NCBI GenBank assembly: GCA_951406725.2
Contig: OX597815.1
Coordinates: forward strand, 159,030,001-159,094,000
Reading direction: 5' to 3'
Origin: Octopus vulgaris
Taxonomy: Eukaryota
Length of the DNA: 64,000 nucleotides
The position numbers and the translations under genes were made by a program. The notes beneath the pieces were generated by a model, which was not told the DNA's origin, ran no database searches, and saw only the letters and a list, made by a program, of their open reading frames with translations. Positions 53,900 to 64,000 of this stretch are shown in pieces; the stretch's first letter is position 1; each line of letters starts with the position of its first letter.

Positions 53900-56800
53900 T
53901 ACGTACTCACACACCCACACATTGTACATATATATATATATATATATATACATACATGTATATATACATACTTACACACACACACATATCTGTACGAGTT
54001 AGAGGTTGAGAAACCAACCAACTAATGGATAGTACCTATCTAATATACGGCTGGTAGTGTACCCAGTTATTCATACCCAAGTGCTAGTTATTGCGTGGCA
54101 ATCTCGCATTTGCGTGTTATATATGGGTGGGGGGTAAAAAGTGGTTTACCCTTAATTCATGAGGCAAATAAGAAAATGGATACATAAATGACATACATCA
54201 GTCGGTAGACATTCTAGTATGTCTATTTATTCCATAGTATTAGAAAGTATTGGAATGCATACTCATGTAATAATTATATGTTATACACACATGTACTAAT
54301 ATTACCTACTGCTAAGTACGAGGATGAAAACAAAACAACACCTGTTATCAAACAGTGATTGGAAACACACGTGAGCGCGCACAGACATGCATATATACAA
54401 TAGGGAGAACAGGGAGAGTGAGGGATCAACACCGCATTTTATTGGGTAAATATTCTTTAGTTGTGGATTATCAATGTTACCAGTGTTGTATGTATGTATG
54501 TATGTATGTATATATATATGTGTGTGTGTGTATGTGTATGTGTGTATACATCTATGTATGCATGCATGCATGTATGTATGTATGTATATGTATGTATGTA
54601 TATGTGTATAGGTTTGTGTGTCTGTGTTTGCCCCCCCCCAATATCACTTGACATGTATGTATGTATGTATGTATGTATGTATGTATGTATGTATGTATTA
54701 TCTCTATATAAACACGCAAACTCACACCCAACAGGCTTTCACATTGTTTCCGCAGACCAAATTCACTCATAAACCTTGGTCAGCGCACGGCTATAGTAGA
54801 AAACACTTGCCAAAGGTGCCGCGTTGTGGGATTGAACCAGTGGTTGCCAGGTAAGCTCTTGACCACACAGCCAAGATTTATTTTAACTATAAGTGTTGTA
54901 TAAGTAGCAAGTCAATTTGAATTTTTTGTCTCATTTGGCTGGTGTCTCGCATTTGCTTAAAGATCTGAGCTAAGCACCGATCTTTAAAGCTCTTGAAACT
55001 TAATAAGTGGCATGTGCATTTGCATCAGAGAAAGAAGAAAGCAAGATTTTTGCAAGTCAAATCCGAAAAATGGATGTGTGTGCGTGTTAGTGTGTGCGTG
55101 TGTGTGTGAGTAAGTATGTATGTATATGGATGTGTATATGTTCTTGTTTTTGTGTTTGCTCTGCACCATCCCCTCACAACAGGTGTTGGCTTTCTTACGT
55201 CCCCATAAATTAAAAGTCGGCAAGTGAAACTGATAGAATATATATATAATGGTTTTCCCAGAACCACGGCCCATATAGAGTGGAAGAAACGTGAATTCAC
55301 CCGTTTCTATGTTCTTATTAGACAGCACATAGGCACCTAGATACCATTCTGGGAGCTGACTGCACTAAGAAAGACAAAGAGGATGGAGAGAGCCTCCTGG
55401 GCCCAGAGGTCCCTCAAAACAACACCGATAGAATAAGTACCAGGTTTAAAAATAAGTCTTGAAGTCGATTTGTTCAAAGCGTTTCCCCAGCATGGCTGCA
55501 GTCCAATAACTGACACAATACGACGATCACACGCTACACACCTTTCTTCCAAGCACTGCTGTAAACAGCGGAAGTGAGCTAGAATATTATCATTTAGTGC
55601 GCATGCATAGCAGAGATCAAGGTCAATCCGTGCCAAGCGGCTACACTCTGTGTGCTTTAGCTTCGTTACTATGCCAATAGTTCAGATACTTATTGATCAG
55701 ACCACGTGTGTGTGTGTGTGTGTGTACATGTATGTATGTAGGAGTGGCTGTGTGGTAAGTAGCTTGCTTACCAACCACATGGTTCCCGGTTCAGTCCCAC
55801 TGCGTGGCACCTTGGGCAAGTGTCTTCTGCTATAGCCTCGGACCGACCAAAGCCTTGTGAGTGGATTTGTTATACGGAAACTGAAAGAAGCCCGTCGTAT
55901 ATATGTATATATATATATATGTGTGTGTGGTGTGTGTGTATGTTTATGTGTCTGTATTTGTCCCCCCCCAACATCGCTTGACAACCGATGCTGGTGTGTT
56001 TACGTCCCCGTAACTTAGTGGTTAGGCAAAAGAGACCGATAGAATAAGTACTAGGCTTAAAAAGTTGTTTTCGTACGTATATATATGTGGGGGTGAGCCT
56101 GTCGTTGCTATTATGCAAAAGTGCTGCAACTCCAAAACGTTGCTTTTTCAGAAGACGAAAAAATAACTTCACCATTCCATAGCAAAACCGTTGTACTGTA
56201 ATTTGACAACTTTGATATTTTGGCATCTGAAGCAGCTGGAAATACGACAGTTTGGCCAAAAGAACCGGCAATTGCAAGCAAAAATAAATACTGAAAAAAA
56301 AAAAAAAAAAACGTATTTTGCCAAATTTGGACATACGATCGTTTAACATACTAGCAACGATATATATTGCAAGCTTACAAAATTAGTCTTTTAAAAGTTT
56401 CCCATTAATTCTTGTTTTGTTTTCTATTATATTTGTCTGTAATGTTTTTTTATCAAAGAGGAAGAGCAAATTTCAAATACATTGAAACTAGTACAGACCA
56501 TGGCAAAGCTTGATACGATTGACACAGCGCCAAGAAAGACTACCATGCCTACGTTTTACACGGAAAGAAGATGCAGCAGTTGTGAGAAAGTGTATTTTTC
56601 ACAGATAAGACTCGAAATGGCATTCTATTATTTAATTAATATTGTGTCTTCAAGATGTCAAATTACTTTTCTATGTACACAATTACAGCCATAGTTAAAA
56701 AAACAAAACAAAAAAAAAACAGAATCTGAACTCTTAATACGGAGTGAACGCTGAAATTGGAACTCTAGTATCCAGTAACTGAATAAGTTCACTGGCCTTA

Positions 56801-57532
56801 CCCGTATTAAACAGCAATGACATTTTACACTCGCAGAACTGTGACTTGGAAACTGTATACTGAAATATTGGAAAAGCAACAAACGAAATTATACGCTACA
56901 GTTATTACCGCCGAGTAAAATAGACTTAATTATATCTATTAATATCTTTCAGGATGAGCTGACGTTCGATTACTTCCTCCTGACATTCTTACCAAATGAC
57001 TCCATCATGCTGTGAATGAAAGTATCAAATACACCAAATGTTTGGTTAATTACAAGCAATTTTGTAGAGCTAAGTGTTTATAGATCGGAACTAGATATAT
57101 AAAAATAATTATGACTATTATAAACAACAACAACAATAATAATAATCCTTTCTACTATAGGCAAAAGGCCTGGAATTTTGAGGGGAGGGGAATAGTCGAT
57201 CACATCGACTCCAGTACTTGACTGGTACTTAATTTATCGACCCCGAAAGGATGGAAGGCAAAGTCGACCTCGGCAGAATTTGAACTCAGAACACAATACC
57301 TATTTCCTTACTACCCACAAAGGGCTAAACACTGAGTGGACGAACAAGGACAGACAAACGGATTAAGTCGATTATATTGACCCCCAGTGCGTAACTGGTA
57401 CTTAATTTATTGACCCCGAAAGGATGAAAGGCGAAGTCGACCTCGGCGGAATTTGAACCCAGAACGTAGCGGCAGACGAAATACGGCTACCCATTTCGCC
57501 CGGCGTGCTAACGTTTCTGCCAGCTCGCCGCC

Positions 57533-57579
<47 letters not shown>

Positions 57580-57618
57580 GATGATGATGATGATGACGAT
57601 GACGATGACGACGACGAC

Positions 57619-57650
<32 letters not shown>

Positions 57651-57660
57651 CGACGACGAC

Positions 57661-57710
<50 letters not shown>

Positions 57711-57734
57711 TGATAATAATTGAGCAAATATAAG

Positions 57735-57820
57735 ACCTACCAAAAACTGGGCAAATATAAAGATCTTGAAATAGAAATCAGCAAAATGTGGAAGCTGAAC
57801 ACTAAAACAATACCTGTTGA
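57735..57820 (+). mobile_element. Dong/R4-type RLE endonuclease C-terminal fragment next to (TAA)n
   Basis: QKLGKYKDLEIEISKMWKLNTKTIPV. Confidence 0.7.
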
Positions 57821-58830
57821 GCATATCCCTTAGTGGCTAACGATATGAGCATCTCTGGAGTAGTGAGGAAGTTTGAGAGGAACTCTTTGGGGTTTGAATA
57901 ATTCATCCTTGGAAACATGGACGTTTCGTTCATCATCCTTAAACCTTATTCAGCGATCTTTTAAGTGAAATGGGCTACCCTGCCTAAAAAAAATTCTAAC
58001 TGGGCTCCACCTGCAAGATCATGCGATGTTTATCACGAGGTTTCCATGTAGCGCACATATTGTTGTGATGCATATGTTTGGTGTATCCTTATCAGACGAG
58101 TAGCCACGATGTCTATATTGGGATTAGTATAGTTTTCTACCCCAGCATCACTTTGATGACGTGTACTGCTCTTTTACGCAATAATAATAATAATATAAGG
58201 CCAGCAATTTTAGGGGTGGGGTAAGTCGATTACATTGACCCCAGTATTTAAATGGTACTTATTTTATCGACCCCGAAAGGATAAAAGGCAAAGTCAACCT
58301 CGGCGGAATTTGAACTCAAAATGTAAAGACGGACGAAATTCTGCGAAGCATTTTGGCCGGCGTGCTAACGATTCTGCCAGCTCGATGACTTAATAATCTT
58401 TTCTTTTCTACTCTAGGCACAAGACTCGACATTTTTGGAGAAGAGGCCAGTCGATCAGATCGACTCGAGTACGCAACTAGTACTTAATTTATCGACACCG
58501 AAAGGATAAAAAACAAAGTCGACCTCGGCGGAATTTGAACTTAAAATGTAAAGACGGGCGAAATTCTGCTAAGCATTTTGGCTGGTGTGCTAACGATTCT
58601 GCCAGCTCGATGCCTTAAAAATGATAATAATCATAGCAACAACAACAATAAAACCTTTACAAAAAGGAAGCTATATTGGAGGTACTTAGGGTGAGTGAAT
58701 TGGTCAGTAGTTGACACACTCAAGTTATAAACTCTGATATGTAGGTTTAGAGCCTCAATAATTACCGAAAGCACGCTCTTCTGACTACTTCCTGCCTGCT
58801 TCCATTAAGTCAAACATACATATACATGTT

Positions 58831-58873
<43 letters not shown>

Positions 58874-59020
58874 TATAAGGAGCTGCCAAAATTTTAAGGA
58901 CCAGCTCCTTTAGCTGTCAAGATATTAACAACCGGTTGTGCTCAGCTTCGAAATATTTAATCGAGGCACTGTAAATTCGAAATTTGTCGATAAAATATCG
59001 TTTCAATAAAATATCTTCTT

Positions 59021-59840
59021 AAGGCGGTGAGCTGGCAGAAACGTTAGCAGGCCGGGCGAAATGCGTAGCCGTATTTCGTCTACCGTTACGTTCTGAGTTC
59101 AAATTCCGCCGAAGTCGACTTTGCCTTTCCTCCTTTCGGGGTCGATAAATTAAGTACCAGTTAATGGTCGATATAATCGATTTAATCCGTTTGTCTGTCC
59201 ATGTTTGTCCTCTCTATGTTTAACCCCTTGTAGGTAGTAAAGAAATAGGTATTCCATCTGCCGCTACGTTCTGAGTTCAAATTCCGCCGAGGTTGACTTT
59301 GCCTTTCATCCTCTCGGGGGCGATTAAATAAGTACCAGTTACGCACTGGGGTCGATGTAATCGACTTAATCCCCTTGTCTGTCCTTGCTTGTTCCCTCTA
59401 TGTTTAGCCCCCTGTGAGTAATAAAGAAATAAATACTTAGCAGCATTTCTTCCGTCTTCCCATTCTGAGTGTAAATTCCACCGAAGTCAACTTTGTCTTT
59501 CATCCCCTCTAGGGTCGATAAAATAAGTACCGGTCGAATGCTGAGGTCGATGTAATCAACTTACCTCTTCCCTACACATTTGCTGGACTTGTGCCAAAAT
59601 CTGAAGTCAATAAAATATCGCTTTTGTGGTAGAATCGTTAGCACACTGGGAAAAATACTTTGTGGCGTTTCGTCCGTCATTACGTTTTATGTCGCAATTC
59701 CGCCGAAGACGACTTTGCCTTTCTTCCTTTTGGGCTCGATGAAATAAGTACGATTTGGACACTGAAATAAGTACGACGAGTTAAGTCGTCGACTTAATGC
59801 CTCCCCGAAATTGCTGGCCTTGTGTCAAAACTTGAAACCA
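59021..59840 (+). mobile_element. SINE family A tandem array
   Basis: At least four consecutive body units; similar arrays at 34390-36020, 57145-57534, 58196-58616. Confidence 0.85.
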
Positions 59841-60297
59841 TTGACATTTGTAAGTACATAAAGCAAGAAACCCAGCGATGGCTTATACTAGGAAGAAATC
59901 AGTCTATATAACACGTTCAGTCTCTTTAGCTCTTCATTTGCGGGTGGGGAAATTCGGCTAAAACTTGAACGTGAACGAAGAAAGGTTTAAACATTTTCAA
60001 TATTCTTCTGGCAACAAATCTTGTTTAATACGCAGCAGCATAATCGGTCAGCTTTACGTTGATGCCATATCTAGGGAATTGATGAGAGTAGGTCCCAACC
60101 ACAATCACATCTCCTTCAATACGGGCATGCGCTATCTGGTAAATGATATCCTTATTAGTGAAGTGAAGAATCATTCGATGTTTAGATGTGTTGTATTTGT
60201 TTTTCTCCTGCACCACAAAATATTTTCTCTCGAATTAGTCAGTTTTCCTTCTCACCTCCTTCGGAATTTTACTTGAAACCTTTTGAAGTAGGCTTTA

Positions 60298-61249
60298 TTA
60301 CCTCTGCCTTAGCTACGGCAGAGGTATTATGTTCGGTCGCATTTGTTTGTTTGTTCGTGGACAAGATATCTCAAGAACCGCTGGATGAATTCAGATGAAA
60401 CTTTTAGGGATGTTTAGCCTCCTGACTGACACGAACTGATTATATTTTGGGGTCGATCAGTATAGGACAAGGATTCTGGATTATTTTTTGTTATATTTAC
60501 TTTACTTCAGATGAAGTCTTTCAAATCTTTCTCTGGTTATCTGCCTTATATATCATACTTACATATTATTTGTGGAGGCGCAATGGCCCAGTGGTTAGGG
60601 CAGCGGACTCGCGGTCGTAGGATTGCGGTTTCGATTCCCAGACCGGGCGTTGTGAGTGTTCATTGAGCGAAAACACCTAAAGCTCTACGAGGCTCCGGCA
60701 GGGATGGTGGTGATCCCTGCTGTACTCTTTCATCATAACTTTCTCTCACTCTTACTTCCTGTTTCTGTTGTACCTATATTTCAAAGGGTCGGCCTTGTCA
60801 CTCTCTGTGTCACGCTGAATATCCCCGAGAACTACGTTAAGGGTACACGTGTCTGTGGAGTGCTCAGCCACTTATACGTTAATTTCACGAGCAGGCTGTT
60901 CCGTTGATCGGATCAACCGGAACCCTCGTCGTCGTAACCGACGGAGTGCTTCCACTTACATATTAACATTTTACAGTATACTTACATACATATATAATTC
61001 TATACATCGATCTAAAACAACAGGAATACTAAAAGAAGGCCGGAATTTAAGAGAAAAGCAAAAGGTCTCATGCTATTAATTTAAAACGGATAAGGATTCT
61101 GGATTATTTTTCCGGTTTTTTTTTTACTTAATTTTTTAGAGCAGTCGAGTTTATTTCAGATATTCTCATTTTAAAAATCATCTCCGGCTAATCGTTGAGA
61201 CGAAGTTGGTGTTGCTTTGGCGGAGGTTTGCGCTCTTTGGGTGCTCTTG
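60298..61249 (+). mobile_element. Helentron-associated non-autonomous element (HINE/DINE-1-like)
   Basis: Subterminal IRs acctctgcc (60300) / ggcggaggt (61219), 5' palindrome 60300-60325, 3' hairpin gcgctc-tttg-ggtgc, short (gttt)n, inserted in a T run. Confidence 0.8.
60569..60953 (+). mobile_element. SINE family C, full length
   Basis: 12-bp TSD acttacatatta (60557-60568 / 60954-60965). Confidence 0.92.
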
Positions 61250-61611
61250 TTTTGTAATATTTTCACGAACACTATATCGGTTTACAAGTCCGACAGTCAG
61301 TACCTTAATAATCTTTTCTACCATAAGCACAAGCCCTGAAACTTTGGGGGTGTGGGCTAGTCGATTACATCAACCCAAGTACAAACTGGTACTTATTTCA
61401 TCGATCCCGAAAGGATGAAAGGCAAAGTCGACCTCGGCGGAATTTGAACTCAAAACGTACGGACGGATGAAATGCTGCTAAGCATTTTGCCTGGCGTGCT
61501 AACGATTCTGCCATATCGCCGCATTAATCAGTGTCTTAATAATAGCATCAGTTGGGTATGTCTTACTATATGGCTATGTATATGGAATATATACATACTT
61601 GTACATATATG

Positions 61612-62035
61612 GGATCTTTTCAGTATGAACGGCAGTTTTTTCTAGCGGTGTCATATGAAATTGTCACCCATAATTATGACCATGGTATCGATCTATTGCA
61701 TTTCAATCTCTTTTAGGGTTAGGGTTAGAGTTAGGGGTGGAGGAAGGGTATCTTTTTTCTTCAGAAATGTAAATAAACCCAATCTGTTTCTTAAACGAGG
61801 GACATATTCATACGGCACAGAATGTTTTTCACCTCAATAGACGTCATTGATTGGTTGAAATTGCAGAAATTGAAGAAAAAAAAAACAACAAATATCTTAC
61901 AAACTACAGAATGTTCTCACTAACGCCAAGAGAAAAGGATGTTTTATAAACACATTCTACCAGTATACGAAGTTTAAATTTTTTTAGTTACGTGGAAATT
62001 ATTTTTAAAAACTGCCGTTCAAACCGAAAAGATCC
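61612..62035. mobile_element. Merlin-like MITE with telomere-like repeats (second copy)
   Basis: Same TIRs as 43631-44051; perfect 8-bp TSD catatatg. Confidence 0.87.
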
Positions 62036-62230
62036 CATATATGTACATATTAATGTTTGCTTTTTTTTGTGTTCGGTTACAATAAAAATTTTACATTAAT
62101 CTGATAGGTTACTCAATAAATTTGTGGAGTACAAATTTATTATTTTTATACAAGAATGTTGTCGACAGTGACTTCGAAGTTTCGGCTAGCTAATACATCG
62201 TCGGACTGCTGACAATGGCTTAGCTAGCCG

Positions 62231-62306
<76 letters not shown>

Positions 62307-62321
62307 GTCTCTCTGTTTCTT

Positions 62322-62354
<33 letters not shown>

Positions 62355-62355
<1 letters not shown>

Positions 62356-62577
62356 CTCTTTACTCTTTTACTCTTTTACTTGTTTCAGTCATTTGACTGC
62401 GGCCAAGCTGGAGCACCGCCTTTAGTCGAGCAAATCGACCCCGGGACTTATTCTTTGTAAGCCCAGTACTTATTCTATCGGTCTCTTTTGCCGAACCGCT
62501 AGATGACGGGGACGTAAACACACCAGCATCGGTTGTCAAACAATGCTAGGGGGACAAACACAGACACACAAACATAT

Positions 62578-62646
<69 letters not shown>

Positions 62647-62832
62647 CATATATATACATATATACGACATATATATACATATATACATATATACGACAGG
62701 CTTCTTTCAGTTTCCGTCTACCAAATCCACTCACAAGGCATTGGTCGGCCCGAGGCTATAGCAGAAGTGTGACTGAACCCGAAACCATGTGGTTAGTAAG
62801 CAAGCTACTTACCACACAGCCACTCCTGCGCC
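62355..62832 (-). mobile_element. SINE family B in (TA)n
   Basis: Matches the family-B consensus with a small internal deletion. Confidence 0.9.
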
Positions 62833-63550
62833 TATATATATATATATATATAAATGGGGGGGGGGTGTATGAATGTGTGTGCGCGCGTGTGCGTGTGTAT
62901 GTATGTATGTATGCATGTATGTATGTTGTATCACCCACTCTTGAACTATATATTTTCTTTTACTATTAATTATTCCATTATCTTAATAGGATACCTAACT
63001 CTGTAATAATGAAAGAAGTCAAAAAGTCCAGTGTTTCTGAGAGGAAACGATGCGTTTGGTGAAGAAAAGGGAGGGGCGCAGCAGCGCACAAAAGAGACTT
63101 CTTGCACCACCACCACACCACCACCACCATTACCACTACCACCATCACCTCTAGACTCGTTTCAGTACCCAATCCTACTTAATTGACCTTTTTCATAAAT
63201 CTATTTAACTAAAATAATATTAAAGAAACTGAAATAAACTGCATTCTTTTGCGCAGCCATTGGGTCTGCAAAATTAGACTCTCCCATCGTCTCTTATCTT
63301 TCGTTTATCAATCGATTCTCACCAGAAAATGAATTTATTCCAATGAACTTGGTTTTCTTTTGTTTTGTTTTCTTTTTTTTTTGTTTGTTTGTTTTTTTTT
63401 CCCTTAGGATCGCTTGGTTTCAGTAAGTTAACATATAATACAATCAGAAAAGTAGATTCATAATAAATGTTTCGCACAGTTTTTATTCATTCTTAAGTTC
63501 TATTCTTCCACGAAGCAGAAGATTTATGGCTTTTTTTTTTGTAATAAGTT

Positions 63551-63590
<40 letters not shown>

Positions 63591-63678
63591 CCATCACCAT
63601 CATCATCATCATCATCATCACCATCACCATCACCATCACCATCATCATCATCATCATCACTATCACCCTCACCATCAC

Positions 63679-63725
<47 letters not shown>

Positions 63726-63737
63726 ACAACAACAACA
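63551..63737. repeat. (ATC/ACC)n microsatellite
   Basis: Source of the poly-H/M/D ORFs. Confidence 0.97.
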
Positions 63738-63950
63738 AGGCGGCGAGCTGGCAGAATTGTTAGCACGCTGGGCGAAATGTTTAACGATATTTCGCCCGTC
63801 GCTACTTTCTGGGGTTCAAATTCCGCCGAGGTTGACTTTGTCTTTCATCCTTCTGGGGTCGATAAATTAAGTACCAGTTGAGTACTGGGTCGATATAATC
63901 GACTACCCCCTACCCCAAATTTCAGGCATTGTGCTTGTAGTAGAAAGGAT
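63738..63950 (+). mobile_element. SINE family A monomer
   Basis: aaggcggcgagctggcagaa head, B box ggggttcaaattcc, core ctttcatccttctggggtcgataaattaagtacc. Confidence 0.85.
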
Positions 63951-64000
63951 TATCATAGGTTTTGTTGGAGCTCCTGGAGACTTGTATGCGTAGCAGATTT

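Larger units (their letters stand above)
59985..61275 (-). pseudogene. RPL5: Processed 60S ribosomal protein L5 (uL18) pseudogene, N-terminal ~115 codons, interrupted at codon ~9
   Basis: IVFVKILQN (61275-61250) joined to KAYFKRFQVKFRRR*EGK...[62 protein letters not shown]...ARRILKMFK; stops and frameshifts; no introns seen. Confidence 0.92.

Noticed and set aside
56482-57015. Short ORFs and a possible acceptor (tctttcag at ~56952) in unique sequence
   Set aside because: No recognisable protein similarity and early stops; cannot be supported without RNA data.
60025-60216. Functional RPL5 exon
   Set aside because: In-frame stops on both sides, frameshifts, lost ATG, many substitutions in a highly conserved protein, and a transposon interruption.

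Overview
Eukaryotic, AT-rich, extremely repeat-dense DNA with no intact protein-coding gene that I can support. It is probably intronic or intergenic sequence from a coleoid cephalopod (Octopus-like; inferred from the SINE families and microsatellite load). Almost all listed ORFs are microsatellite or SINE artefacts. The real content is: (1) dozens of tRNA-derived SINEs of at least five families; (2) decayed non-LTR retrotransposons (RTE, Dong/R4-type, Penelope-like GIY-YIG fragments); (3) DNA transposons (Tc1, mariner, Tigger/pogo, hAT- and Merlin-like MITEs, a Helitron and a Helentron-type element); (4) a processed RPL5 pseudogene split by nested insertions. The most striking signal is about 15 minimal Type I hammerhead-ribozyme motifs of the Penelope type, many in inverted or tandem repeats. 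One pair sits in a tRNA-headed SINE-like element (31575-32152) that inserted head-to-head with a ~16-bp TSD, a candidate Penelope-dependent, ribozyme-carrying SINE. All alignments and folds were done by eye and need computational confirmation.
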